DNA from: the human T2T-CHM13v2.0 reference genome, Homo sapiens | NCBI RefSeq assembly: GCF_009914755.1 | Contig: NC_060927.1 | Length of the DNA stretch: 64,000 nt | Reading direction: 5' to 3' (one strand) | Shown: positions 27,770-43,680 of the stretch, one piece after another | Position numbering within the stretch: the stretch's first letter is position 1 | Layout: each line of letters begins with the position of its first letter | Notes under the pieces: model-generated | The model's input: only the letters and a program-made list of their open reading frames with translations | Told to the model about the DNA's origin: nothing | Databases searched by the model: none | Program-made: the position numbers and the translations under genes

Positions 27770-29720
27770 TGCTATTCAGCATCCATTCTAATCTTTCTGC
27801 CCATACTTAACTCTCATAAAACAACCTTATGCTTCTACCTAACATAAAATGTTAGGCGGAAGATCTGTCCAACAAATAAGGATGTTCTTGCTCTCTCCCC
27901 AACAAGGGGAAACACAAAATCTCATCTGTCATGTTGTCCACATCAAATCTAAGATCTCCAAGGGATATGCAGCAACAGCAGGTCTGGCTGTATCTTCTCA
28001 TACCTGGTTGCCATTGAATTAAAGTTAAGCACCATTGAAAGTCTTTGTGCAAAACCACAGGGAAAAGATGAAGGGCAGAGGCTTGGAATTATTGGTTTAA
28101 ATACACATAACACTGCAGCCTCAGTCCTCAGCTTCGTATCTGATCATGAAACCATAGTTGATACTTATCACATCCTTTTTCCATTACCCATTCCATAATA
28201 CCTTTGCCTTCGAGCAGAACCTTGGCTGGTTGGAATTGTTTACACAGTGAGGTGACCCACACCTTCATTCTTTTTGGGTTTTAGTCCTTACTCGTCCTGA
28301 ATTTTTGTGGTCACTCTTACCCACCTCTTCCACACTGACCTTTTCTACTGAACATGCAAGTATTAAGAGGTGCCCCAGGGAATTCGTGATTCCAGACATG
28401 GTCTTCTCAGTCCTCATTGAGTAGAAATGCCTCCAATTCAATGGAACTATTGTGTCTCCTGATGTAAGCATTCTGCTCTTGGGAATTAGGACTTCTAGAC
28501 CAGAAGTCAAGGTTACAGACAAAGTCAACAAACTCTTGCAAACAGGTTATTAATTGTAAAAAGGAGCCCCTCCCATTTCCATCACTTGGTTTCCAAACAG
28601 TGTGCTCTTGCCAGGAGAGAAAATGAAACATATATAAATTATTGGCTCAAAACACATCCTATAAGACAATATCCCAACTTGGTAAAGTATTGTCTCTCAA
28701 TTATGTCTGCCATAATTGAGTCTTTAGCAGATCATTCTACCATTTTTATCAAGCCAGCTGCTTCTGGATGGTGGGACACATAGTAAGACCAGTTGAATCC
28801 CTTGCTGTACTTATTTATGGTAAAATGAGTTCTGTGATTGGAAGTGATGTTGTGTGGGATACCTTGGGGGTGAATAGGAATCCTATAAATCCATGGATAG
28901 TGCTGCTAGTTAAAGCAAGTTGAATAGAAGCAATTATTCATATTCAGAAAAAAAATTCAATGAGATAAAAATGCTGCCCACTTAATGATGGAAGGGCTTC
29001 TGTGTAATTGATCTACCATCAGGTGGCTGGCTGGTCTCCCAAGGAAATGATATAGTATGAGGGGCTCATCATCAGCCTTTGTTGTTGGCATATTGTGCAC
29101 TCAACAGCAGCAGCAGCCAAATCAGTCTTGGTGTGGGAAAGTCCATGCTGTTGAGCTGAGGCATGGCCTATGTTTCTGATGTCATGGCCACTGCTATGGT
29201 TTGAATATTTGTTACTCTCCACAACTCATGTTAAAATTTAATTGCCATTGTAGCAATATTAAGAGGTGGAGCCTTTAAGAAGAGAGAGCCATTAAGATCA
29301 GGGCACTAGGCCTCCACCCTCATGGGTGTGATTGGTGCTGTTATAAAAGGGCAAATTTAGCCTCTTCTAGCTCTCTTCTTGCCCTTCTACTTTCTTCCAT
29401 GTGATAGCATAGTAAGAAAGCCCTTGACAGATGCCAGCCTCTTGATCTTGGACTTTTCAGCCTCCAGAACAGTGAGCCAATAAACTTCCACTCATTATAA
29501 ATTACCCAGTCTCAGGTATTCTGTTATAGGAGCACAAATGGACTAAGACAACCACTTTGGGTTTCTATACACAAACCCACTGAGTAAGCACAGAACGACT
29601 GAAAAAAGAGACTGACTTATGGCCATAGGATGATCATCTTGAAGCTTGATTATTGTGAAGCTCCACTGATGTTAATGCCATCTGCTCAGTATTTACATTG
29701 GATACAAACATTTGTATACT
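27770..29720 (-). pseudogene. Decayed ERVL pol remnant (integrase Zn-finger and dUTPase-region), interrupted by an MST LTR
   Basis: ORF 29019-29222 AQQHGLSHTKTDLAAAAVECTICQQQR..GDQPAT resembles the ERVL integrase N-terminus; ORF 28265-28531 SGLEVLIPK..GDTIVPLNW; frameshifts and stops. Confidence 0.82.
29192..29550 (+). mobile_element. MaLR solo LTR, MST family
   Basis: TGCTATGGTTTGAAT...GGACTAAGACA; 5-bp TSD GCCAC/ACCAC. Confidence 0.9.
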
Positions 29721-29721
29721 C

Positions 29722-30570
<849 letters not shown>

Positions 30571-30693
30571 AAACAATTCAATTTCTGATGTTTATTCCTT
30601 TGTGTAGATCCATGTTTCCACCTGGCATCATTTTCCTATGGCCTGAAAGACATCCTTTAATAGTTCTTATAGTGCATCATGTAGTAGTGATAA

Positions 30694-31098
<405 letters not shown>

Positions 31099-31156
31099 TA
31101 AAATTATAAGTTGATAGTATTTTTATTTTAGCACTTTAAAAATGTTGCTTCACTAG

Positions 31157-31526
31157 TGCTTGAACTGACTGTGTTCCCCTCAAATTCATATGTTGAAATC
31201 CTAACACCCCGTGTTGTTGATATTGGGAAGTGGAGCTTTTGGGAGGTAATTATATCATGAGAGTGGAGCCCTCAGGAATGAAATTAGAGATCTTATAAAA
31301 ATACACAAGAGAGCTTGCTTCTTCTCTCTCTGCTCTCTGCCATGTGAGAACACAATAAAAATGATGGCCTTCTGCAAACCAGAAAGTGAGCTCTCATCAG
31401 ACATCAAGTCTGCCTGCATCTTGCTCTTGGACTTTTCAGTCTCCAGAACCCTGAAAAATGAATGTTTGTTGTTTATGCCACCTAGTCTATGGTAATTTGT
31501 TACAGCAGCCCAAGCTGACCAAGGCA
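31157..31526 (+). mobile_element. MaLR solo LTR, MLT1A0-like
   Basis: CAAATTCATATGTTGAAATCCTAAC...CAGCAGCCCAAGCTGACCAAGGCA; TSD ACTAG/ACTAT. Confidence 0.88.
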
Positions 31527-32698
31527 ACTATTTTCTCACTTACATTGTTTCGAACAAGAAATCTAAAGTCATCCTCATCCTTGCTTTTCTGTAATGCCTT
31601 TTATTCTCTCTGGCTGCTTTTAAGAGCTTCTCTTTATCACCAGTTTTATGATGTGCCTTAGAGTTGTTTTCTTTATGTTTCTGTACTTGAGTATTTTCTG
31701 AGGTTCTTGGATCTATATAGTTTCCATCAAATTTGGGAAAATTTCAACCATTATTTTTTCAAGTATTTTTTCTGTCTCTCTCTCTCTTTCCTCTCTTTTG
31801 GAAGCTCCAACTGTATTGTTTGAAGTTGTCCTGCAGTTCACTTTTATTACAGTTTTCATGTAGAAGTTCTATGTCTTTTTTTTTACATCTTTTATATCTC
31901 TACTCAACTTTGTGAACATATGCATATAGTTACAACTGTTTTAATGTCCTACTAATTATAATACCTATGGCACTTCTGCGTGGTTTTGATTGAACAATTT
32001 ATCTCCTTATTATGGGTCATATTTTCCTACTCCTTTGCATGCCTGGCAATTTTTGTTGGGTGGCAGATATAGTGAAATTTACTTGTTAGGTGTGGGTATT
32101 TTGTATTCCTATAAATATTCTTAAACTTTGTTCTGGAACACCATTAATTTATTTGGAAAGAGTTTTGTTTCTTTGTGGTCTTACTTTTAAGATTTGTTAG
32201 GTAAAACTGCAACAGCATTCATTTGGGGGCTAATTATTTCCCATTATTAAGGCAAGACTCTTCCACAGGGACTACCCAGTGCCCTGGCTGGTGAAATTGG
32301 GCCACTATTCCTGGCTTTTTGTGAACCCTGGGCACTGTTACTTCTAATCTTTTTAGAAACTTCTTTTCCTGACCTCAGGTTGATTCTTCACACACATGCA
32401 CTGATCAGTACTCTGCCAAATACTAGAAAAGAACTCTCTACAGATCTCTGGGTTTCTTTCTGTGTGCAGTTCTTTCCTTGTTGGTTGTCTGTCCTGAAAA
32501 CTCCGGGTGTTTTTATTCTCCTTCAGACTCTCAGCTACTTCTCCTCAACTCAAGGAAGCTACTGTACTCTGCTGGGTTCCCCTTCCTGTTCTAAGACCTG
32601 GAAGCTCTCTCAAGATAGGGTTCACCTCCTTTGTTTCCTGTTAAGGAAACTGTCTTTTGTTGTTTGATGTTGAGTGTCTTTAAAAAATCATTGTTTTG

Positions 32699-33733
<1,035 letters not shown>

Positions 33734-34142
33734 GTTTCACATGTTTGGTCTATTTTTTCATTGTTTCAGCAGGAGGATCAATCCAGTTTCTGTTATGCCA
33801 TCTTTACCTGAAGTCAAAGTCCACTCTGCTGTTATTTTTATGAATCCCTCACTTCCATTTTCCAAAGCTTAATTTGTTCTTTTCATAACTTTTGAGTAGA
33901 ATGTTTAATTCATATGTCACTTTCTTATTTATAATGATATTCCCTTTTATCACAACTTTATCCATAACCCATACATTTTACTTTATAGGGTTTTTCTTAT
34001 CATCGCTTTCATTGTCTCATCAGATAAATTTTTTAAATCTCCAAATGGTTGGGGTATTTACTGTTTGATCATTTTGTATCATTGTTATTATAAACTTCTT
34101 GTTTTTCCACATTATGAGTAAAGGCTGTGGTGAAGCAGACCC

Positions 34143-34375
34143 CATAGTGGTTAATAGTTTGAATGCTTGAGTCAGAAGGCTGAGGTTTACATCCCTGCTC
34201 TGTCTTTTTCTGACTATATGATTTTGCGCAAAGTATTTAACCTAAGGCTCAATTTCTTCATTTGTACAATGGAGATGATAATAATACCTATCTCAAATGG
34301 TTGCCCCAAGAGTTAAATAAAGATAATAAGTATCTGGGAAGCCTTAGCGCATAGTAAGCATTCAACAAATCTCAA
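34143..34375 (+). mobile_element. MIR, near full length
   Basis: TAGTGGTTAA..GAGTCAGA..TCATTTGTACAATGGAGATGATAATAATACCTA..CATAGTAAGCATTCAACAAAT. Confidence 0.85.
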
Positions 34376-34471
34376 TTAAAGTTTCTATTTGGGAAAATTT
34401 ATAGATTTCTTTGTGGTCAAATTTTGATACTCACTGATACTTGAAAGAATAAAAAAGGATGTTCTCAATAG

Positions 34472-34940
34472 GTGTGGTCAATGTTGCAACGGATGTTACT
34501 GATCTCCAACTCCATATTCCTTTGTCCCGCCTCAGAGTTTGCCTGAAGCTGCATTGGGCAATGTGCCGACAGGACAGTTTCCCTCAAGAACCTGTACATT
34601 TCTCTGCTTGTCTACCTGAAGGTGCTCCAGGGCAGTCCAGCAGTGTTTGAGATTTGAAACTCTCAGAGATAATTCTCAATCAGTGAGGAACAGGAAAAAA
34701 GGGATACAAACCCCAGCTTTCCTGTCCCTTGAGAGAGAAAATCGAAGGTGTGTTGTATATATTCTTCCTAGAATCCCCAAAAAGACTGAGCTTCGGTCAC
34801 CCACAGAAGAAACCCACTCATTTTTTATGCACCCTGGATGGGCTTTTTCCTCTTCCTGTCTCACAGTTCCTGCTCTTTCTCTTGGGCTTCCTGAGATTAC
34901 CTCCTAAATCTGCTTTCTGTAGGAACACACACTAACACAG
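34472..34940 (+). mobile_element. LTR16-like ERVL LTR
   Basis: 3' signature CTTCCTGAGATTACCTCC..TCTGCTTTCTGTAGGAACAC..CTAACACA. Confidence 0.65.
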
Positions 34941-34993
34941 ATATGTATATGTATTAGATTGTCCTAGCAAATGCACTGTTCACATCCTCTAAG

Positions 34994-35059
34994 CAGTGGC
35001 TCTCAATTCTCATTTCATATTATAATCAACTGGAGAATGCATCAAAATTTCTGGGAATG
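34994..35059 (+). mobile_element. MER5 (hAT-Charlie) left end; further pieces likely near 35945-35978 and 37470-37515
   Basis: CAGTGGCTCTCAA...TAATCAACTGGAG; matching right TIR TTGAGAACTGCT near 37506. Confidence 0.5.
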
Positions 35060-35940
35060 GTGAAATAAAAAACAAATCCAGATTTAGTAAGGAAAGACTT
35101 TATTCAAAAAAAAATATTGCAAAGGGGAGTGGGGAGGAACTATTGCAATAGTGAGAGAAGAGCTATTACAACAGAGAGAACCTTCTGACCATAAGATCTG
35201 TTAAAAAAAAAAATAAGCTTATGCACATTAAAATTTTAATAAGTTTATTTGAGCATTCAGCTATTTGTGGATGGGGCAGTACCAGACCACAGGTGGTTTA
35301 GCGCTCCACCAAGAAGGTAAGGGAAACTTTTTGAAGGTGTTCATAGAAGTAAGGCAAATTAAATATTTGCTTGGTTAAAATGGAAAATCCCTAGTTAGAG
35401 GTTAGTTGGCCATTTCTGATTGGTGAAGTCTCTAGGTAGAGGTTAGTTGGCAGTTTCTGATTGGTTAAGCTTAAGTTTTGCTTTATTGTTTACATTGAGT
35501 TGGGTTTTAGTTTGCTTAGGAACTCAAGGTGCTGGAGCTGTATTAGCCTAATGGCCTCCCTATTAATGATTTTGACAGCTCTCAAGGCCAAAAAGGGATT
35601 TCTTTTATAGAGAGGAGTAAACAAGACAAGAAAGACCCTGGTGTGGGGAACTGGGATGAAAAGGTGGCCTGATGGAATAACAGATCAGAGAATGGTTTGC
35701 TCTGAGGCCAGCCTATTCTTGAGGGGCTGCTAAGAAGATGTTGTGGGGACCTGAGTGAAGGAGAGAATCTTAACCGAAGTTTGGTTAACAGGCATTTGTT
35801 CTGAGTCCCACCTAAGTCATGTGGGAAAGGATGGTTCTTTGCAATGGGCCTTTTCCAGAACACAAAATGGGTGGGCAAGGGAAGGATTCTTAACTGTTTC
35901 TTTTTTCCACAATGATACGACTCAGGTAAAATTCAATGTT
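35060..35940 (-). mobile_element. ERV1 LTR (MER67-like), host of a nested LTR
   Basis: GACTTTATTC..ACTATTGCAATAG 3' region on the left; sequence resumes after 35577. Confidence 0.55.
35199..35577 (-). mobile_element. ERV1 LTR (MER93/MER57-like), nested
   Basis: TG...CA termini; reverse complement starts TGTCAAAATCATTAATAGGGAGGCCATTAGGCT; duplicated CCAAT-containing unit AGAGGTTAGTTGGC..TTTCTGATTGGT. Confidence 0.7.
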
Positions 35941-35978
35941 GTCTGGATGGAGCCTGAACAACATTTTCTAGAAGCTTC

Positions 35979-36658
35979 TGTAAACTAAAAATAAAATTCT
36001 AAGCCCCTCAACTGACTGCTTGGCCAAGGAGTCCCCAGCATAATCTTGAAAACTGAGTTATTGGCCATGATGGGATCGGGGGTTCAGACACACCTTGTTA
36101 TACCCCCTCCCTGACTAACCATGATTAGGCTTTCTTCCCTCAGGGCTTAGCAGAAACCAGCCCTTTCAAAAGACTCCACCACAGATATCAATCAACCAAG
36201 TGCCTAAGGCTGCCCCTCCTTTTTTCCCTGATAAGAGATCACCACTGGAGTAGTTCTGGCCTGTCTAAGGAGAAGGCACAGTAATGGTTTGTGTGTCCTC
36301 TGCTTCACCTTTTGATATCAGAGGGCCAAAAACTCCACCCTCAGATCATGCTGACATTGCTATGTTTTGTCCCTGGGACTCATGGAGAGGCGTGAAGCTC
36401 AATTGTGCATGTGCATGTTTCTCCTTTCATAAATATTCATGACTTTTCCTATAGCTTAATAAATATGTATATTTGGCCACTGTGCTACACATAAATTTCT
36501 GCTCCCTTTGCCCCTCCCTTGAAGTGTCTGTTTCTGGCTTCTTACTGGAGGCTGTGCTTCCCAGCCTGTCAGAATGGCCATCCTGCAGGCTGCAACCCTT
36601 TATGAGACATAAAGCTTTCCTTCCCACATTTATGAACCTTATCTTTCTTCAGTTGACA
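35979..36658 (+). mobile_element. ERV1 solo LTR, MER4 family
   Basis: TGTAAACTAAAAATAAAATTCTAAGCCCC...TTCTTCAGTTGACA; perfect TSD CTTC. Confidence 0.9.
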
Positions 36659-36674
36659 CTTCCTAGGTAAAGTA

Positions 36675-37465
<791 letters not shown>

Positions 37466-37771
37466 AAAAGAAACTTCTAAATTGTTCTTCATATACAGCC
37501 TATATTGAGAACTGCTATTCATACCCTTACTTATTTTTTGTCTGCTCAATTGTCAAAACCTGAAAGGGTTTTTTTGAGGGTTCTCCTTCCATGACTTTTA
37601 TATTTCTATTCATTTCTATTTGTATTTTCTGCAATGCTTCCTTTATATCTTTTATTGCTTTATTATTTGTCAAAGTAGGTTTATAAAAAATACCCTTTTC
37701 TCTTTAAAAATAATATATGCTTATGGCAAAAGCAAAGAAAAAATCAAGCAGAATATAAAGGTAGATGATGA

Positions 37772-38174
<403 letters not shown>

Positions 38175-38194
38175 TAGTGACTATGTATATAAAC

Positions 38195-39448
38195 TGTAGG
38201 GACCAAAAGGTGTGATACCTGTCCTCCCCATCACAAGTGTCACTGCAGATACTCCTATAACAAAAGACAGGTTAACAAGAGAAGAACATAACAGATTCAT
38301 TTAGTCAAAGTTTTACATGCTTCAGAAATGAAGACCCAGGGACTCAGGGAAAATCGTTTGTTTTTATGTTTAGGTTCGATGAAGAATGGATAGCCATGTA
38401 GAAATGTGATTAGACAAAAGGGTATGACCTAATAGTAGCAGATAGACTGGGGAAGCCCAAGAAGGCCTGTCTGTTCAGAATCTTCTTGGCCTCTCTGTTG
38501 TAGCATTTATTCCTCCTGGGTATGGGGCAGGACCCTTTGGAATGAGGTTAGGTCTTATGACCTACTATCAGGCAAGGGCAGATCAGAGAACATCTTTATG
38601 GCCAGTGTTGGGGCTCAGAAAACAATATCCCAAAATGAAGGCCTCAGAAGCAGCCTTAAGAGAAAAAGTTTCTCCCCTGAGACTAGCCATACAAACTAGA
38701 ATCCCTGTTCCCCAAGGCAGGTCACAGAAACCAGAACCCCTTTACCCCAAAGCCAGTCATAAAACCAGAACATAATACTCTAACTTTTCCTCTACCTTTC
38801 TGTGTAAAACTGGCCATAAAAAAAGTTATCTGATCTTCCTTGTTTGACTGTAAGTCATAAGACTCCCATTTCAGAAAGGGTCCTGCCCCATACCCAGAAG
38901 GAAGGAATGCATGCTCAGAGAGGGCCAGAAGAGTTTAGACAGACAGGCCTTGCTGGATATCCCCAGTCTATTAGCATTAGATCATACCCTTTCTGTCCAA
39001 TCACATTTCTACAGGGCTGTCCATACTTTTTTGAACCTAAGCATGAAAATGGACAATTTCCCCTGTATCTTTGGGTCTTCCTTCTGAAGGCTCCTGTATA
39101 TACACATTACATAAATTTGTATGCCTTTTCTCCAGTTAATCTGCCTTTTCCAAGTTGGTTTTTCAGCAAACCCTCAAAGCGCCAAGTGAAACCCCCTGGC
39201 CTCTGCACGAGCTCTTAGACAGAAAGGTTGGAGGAAGTTTGGAGTAACAGCTTGCTTTGGATAAAGGGAGTTCTAGCTTCTAAGAGCCCCCCTTAACCCC
39301 TGGGGAAGAGCAATTCTTGTTCCTGACTTACTTCAAGAGAGGAGGGGTGGGAGACAGGAGAGCAGGAGGTCAGAGAGACCTTGGTTCTGAGGCTGCTTCT
39401 GAGACCTTCCAGTCTCCTTTAGTTCAAAGTACTCAGCATGCCAAATTG
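38195..39448 (-). mobile_element. ERV1 LTR, MER34/MER39 family (host), 5' end lost at the MER41B junction
   Basis: TTTAGTTCAAAGTACTCAGCATGCCAAA and TGAGGCTGCTTCTGAG near 39390-39445; split by a nested LTR. Confidence 0.75.
38606..39207 (+). mobile_element. ERV1 LTR, MER39-like, nested in opposite orientation
   Basis: TGTTGGGGCTCAGAAAACAATATCCCAAAAT...TGCA; TSD CCAG/CGAG. Confidence 0.8.
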
Positions 39449-40055
39449 CCCTCAGAGAGGGTTCTTCTATCTCACACAAGAAAGGGTTTGGAGCAAGCCC
39501 ATAGAGGGAAGTGAAAGCAAGTTTATTAAGAAAGTAAAGGAATAAAAGAATGGCTACTCCCTAGACAGAGGAACAGCACAGGACGCGCAGCTGGTTATAG
39601 TTATTGTTACTTCTTGATTATATGCTAAACAAGCGGTGGATTATTCATGAATTTTCCTGGAAAGGGATGGGAAATTCCTGGAACTAAGGGTTCCTCCCTG
39701 TTTTAGACCATATAGGGTAACTTCCTGGCATTGCCATGGCATTTGTAAACTGTCATGGCGCTGGTGGGAGTGTCTTCTAGCATGTTAATGCATTATAATT
39801 AGTGTGTAAGGAGCAGTGAGGACAACCAGAGGTCACTTTCATCGCCTCCTTAGTTTTGGTGGGTTTTGGCTGGCTTCTTTACCACAGCCTGTTTTATCAG
39901 CAAGGTCTTCATGACCTGTATGTTGTGCCAACCTCCTAACTCATCCTGTGACTAAGAATGCTTAACCTCCTGGGAGTGCAGCCTAGTAGGTCTCAGCCTT
40001 ATTTTACTCCTCCCCAATTCAAGATGAAGTTTCTCTGGTTCAAACGCTTCTGACA
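39449..40055 (-). mobile_element. MER41B LTR (ERV1)
   Basis: Reverse complement begins TGTCAGAAGCGTTTGAACCAGAG; GACAGTTTACAAATGCCATGGCAA core; last ~30 nt missing. Confidence 0.9.
39654..39683. promoter_or_regulatory. Tandem GAS (STAT) motifs TTCCTGGAA x2 within MER41B
   Basis: TTCCTGGAA at 39654-39662 and 39675-39683, both fitting TTCNNNGAA; function untested. Confidence 0.6.
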
Positions 40056-40148
40056 GTTCTATTGCTATTATTTCTTTCTTTTATACCTAATGCACTAAGT
40101 ATTTTTATAACTAAAGCAGTATTTTTGTTGACAAAAATACTTAAAAGA

Positions 40149-40255
40149 GTACTTGCTTCAGCAGCACATATACTAAAATTAGAATGATACAGAGAAGATT
40201 AACATGACCCCTGCACAAGAATAACACGCAAATTCATGAAGTGTTCCATATTTTT
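40149..40255 (+). pseudogene. Full-length U6 snRNA retrocopy (RNU6 pseudogene) fused to an L1 3' tip
   Basis: Colinear with U6 from GTACTTGCTTCAGCAGCAC to TTCCATATTTTT, ACAGAGA box intact, many G-to-A/C-to-T transitions; no recognisable PSE upstream. Confidence 0.95.
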
Positions 40256-40686
40256 ATTACATTATGTGTCAATTAAAAATAAAATAAAACTTTAAAAAAA
40301 CATAGAAGAAAATCCTTTCAACCTTAAATATCACATACTGATCTGTCATTAGATTGTCTGCAATGATTTCTCAGCTGACAAGTCATATACAAGGCAGATA
40401 TTTATCTTTAAAATAATCCTGTGTTCTTTTTTATGTGTGAAGGTTCACTTTCTGAAAATTCATTAAGCTCTATACTTAAGATGTGTTCACTGTTCTCTAC
40501 CTGGGATATAATTTAGAAATGTCTTCTAAACAACTCATTTGCTCACCACGAATTATCTGAACTACAACCTCGCCGGGTCGTGGGAGTTCTCCCTTTTCCC
40601 ATCATGATGAAAACCTTTAAGTCCAACTTCCCATGATACCAGTGATTTTCTCCCGGGTAAAGGGCCTTTAACATCCTGCAGACCTC

Positions 40687-41130
40687 TGTCAAGGAAAACC
40701 AGGGCCAGACAGAAGTTAAAGCAGTGAAGACAAATTTTATTCAGGAGCTATTGCAATAGGGAAAGAGAGACCTCAGTTTAGAATGGGCTCCCTTCTGAAT
40801 ACAAGGACAAGTGGGAAATTATGGCCAAGGTGCAGGGTGAGGTCAGTGGATGGAAATTACTAAAAGGGAACATCAGCAATAAGAGGGATTCTAAACTGAC
40901 TCAGCTTCTAGCTGAAGGCAGCCAGGATAAGAAGATACTGAGGGAGAGGGGTTGAGGAATTTCATCAGATATCAAGGGTGGTCAGATACCAAGGGTGGGG
41001 GATTCTAGTGACACTAACTCAGCAGGATTCTTTCTGAAAGCAGAATAAGCAAGCCAAGGACAGAGCCCATGGTCTGGGTCTTCAGGGCTTAGAAGAGCCT
41101 TATTAGTGTTAAGTCAGAGAGAGTCTGTCG
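40687..41130 (-). mobile_element. ERV1 LTR, MER31-like
   Basis: TGTCAAGGAAAACCAG..TTTTATTCAGGAGCTATTGCAATAGGGAAAGAGAGACCTCAG. Confidence 0.78.
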
Positions 41131-42694
41131 CTCTAGATGTCCCTAAAGCCCCCAGGGGTAGGAGAGCTAACTTTCCTAGACAACTTCTGAAAACAGCTGG
41201 CCCTCCAAATCAAGACTGCCTGATGCCACTTCCTCCCATGGAGGCCACTTCCAGGAATGGGTCACTCTACTAGAAAAAAAAAATGTCCAGCAGAAGCCCT
41301 GGCCCTAGAAACAACTCACATGGAAAGATGGGTAGAATGAGGGACATTGAACATCCCTGTCTTGTTTACCTTGGCATGGGGGATTTTCCTTTACTCAATA
41401 AAGACTATTCCTTACTTAAGTCATGCTTGCAAAGCCAGTGGCAACCATAAAGGGCCTCATCTGGCAGGATAGATCCTCCTTCAGTTTTATTAAACCACGA
41501 GATTTGCAAAAGGATTGTTACTGGGTTTTGGGGGTCATTCACTTACTCAAGGTTGACACCAGTTTTTCAAAAATCCCTGCTTGTTGCCCAGGGGTCAGTG
41601 CATGATAGTGAGATTCAGAACATATGACTTTCTTTTGTAAATTGGAAGCTCAGCTCGAAAGTGTAGGTAAGAAAAGAAGGACCAGCATTGGCACTCAGCT
41701 GTGGGCAAATTTCTCAAGCAAATGAACTTTAGGAATAAACACTCGGCTTCTGAAAGTTTAGCCCCTTAAAACTATCACTGCCCCTATCCCTTAAAACATC
41801 TCACAAACCCGACTGGGGAGGCTGTTTACCCCACATTCACAGCTGCTATTTCAGATACTACCAAGGTTGAAGCAAGGATTTGAGAAGTAAGGAGGTAGGA
41901 GAGTTCTTCCTTAGCTGGTGGCTTCTCTGGAACTAGCAGATGATTAAAGCTGGCATTTTACCTTCTAGAGCTTTCTTGGGCACTTCTGGGAGCCCCAGCT
42001 CTGTGACCCAGCTTCAAGTCTCCTGAAGAGGTGACATATTCTGCTCCTTGGACTAGCTGCATCCCTCTCAGCCCTGGGTCATGGTGATGCACCCACACAT
42101 TTTTCATAGTTGAAGACTTCTTTCTCACCTCCCAGGTGGTCCTCTTGAGTGGGACTTAATTCAGTTCAGCCTGGATTTTTCTCCCATCTCCCACACATCC
42201 ATCTAGTCTACAGAAAACCCTCATCAAACCCCTACCCCCTCCCAAATAAAAAACTGTGGGAGTACAGTCTGTCAACTAGCACTCTTGTGGCTCTACCACC
42301 AAAACAACTAGTTGGCCCATCTCTAGCCCTCTAGATTTTGGAGGGTTACACCCCAGACCACCCATCTGGTCACTTACCAAGCTCTCAGATGCTCTCACTG
42401 AAGATCTACCTCATTATATTTCAGATCACAGCATACATCCCCTTGGCGGAGAAGGGATAGAGTTCATAGTACAGATTTTTTCCAAAGAAATAGTTTAACC
42501 CCTCTTCCCATGTTCTGACACTGTTAATATCCTTAAACCTGCTAGATGCTTATAACTAGTTCTCAGGGATATTTCATTTGTCAATTGGCACATAGGATCC
42601 GTCTTAAACCTATTTGAGATTTTATATTAATTATGTTTCTACTTCAGGTCAAACTGAGACAATAAACACTCATGCCATACCATTCTTTAACTGC

Positions 42695-43144
42695 TGTCTT
42701 GTCCTGTTTTCTGTTGTTATAACAGAATGCCTGGGACTGGGTAATTTATAAAGAAAGGAAGTTTATTTGGCTCACAGTTCTGGAGACTGAGAAGTGCAAG
42801 GGCATGATGACAGCTTCTGGCAAGAGCTTTGTACTGCATCATAACTTGGCAAATGGCATCACATGGCAAGAGAGCAAGAGTGTGCAAAAAAGACAAAACA
42901 TGAGGGGTGGCCTTGTGTTATAACAATCTGCTCTCATGGTAACTAATCCAGTCCCGTTGGAGCAAGAACTCCCCATCGAGAACTAACCCAGTCCCATGAG
43001 AGCAGCATTAATGTCTTCATGAAGGCAAAGCCCTCATGACCCAAACACTTCATAAAGTTCCCACGACTTTTCAACATCATTACATTGGGAATCAAATTGC
43101 AACATGAGTTTTATAGGGGACAAGTCATATTCAAGCCATTAGTA
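42695..43144 (-). mobile_element. MaLR solo LTR, MSTB-like
   Basis: ACTGGGTAATTTATAAAGAAA..TTTGGCTCACAGTTCTGGAG; perfect TSD ACTGC. Confidence 0.9.
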
Positions 43145-43149
43145 ACTGC

Positions 43150-43680
43150 CTATGCGTGGCAGTATCAGTAACTGTCTGGATGCATCTTTATGGATGTATC
43201 AACAATTCATTTAATCTGTCATGGTCATTTACTTCAATAATGCTTTAATAAATATCCCTTTACCTGTGTTTTTAAGTCAACTGTTAATATACCGGTAGGT
43301 AAATTTCTAGAAAAAGAGCTAAGTCACTCTCTGAAGGGGTTATACCAATTTACCCTCCCAATCTAAGTGTAAAAAAAGATGGTTTTTCCACATCCTCTGA
43401 ACACAGTACCTTATTAAACTTTTAAACCTTTTCCAATGTAATAGGTAAAAAATTATATCTATATAAATATGTATTTTCTTGATTATAAATGAAGTTAAAT
43501 ATATTTTTATGCAATTTAAAACCACTTATTTTCTTTTACTATGAGATGCCTGTACATATCTTTTGCCCATTTTTTCCTATTGTGCTTTTGGTATTTTTCA
43601 TATTAACTTGTAAACACTTCTTGTATTATTAGGGAAATTGGCTCACTGTCATGTGTGTTCCAAACAGATTTTCCCATAGT
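43150..43680 (-). mobile_element. Old L1ME-like remnant
   Basis: ACCAATTTACCCTCCCA..TTTCCACATCCTC..TCTTTTGCCCATTTTT. Confidence 0.6.

Noticed and set aside
40149-40255. Functional U6 gene
   Set aside because: Many substitutions, including in the AGC catalytic triad (AAC here), no recognisable PSE, and retroposition hallmarks.
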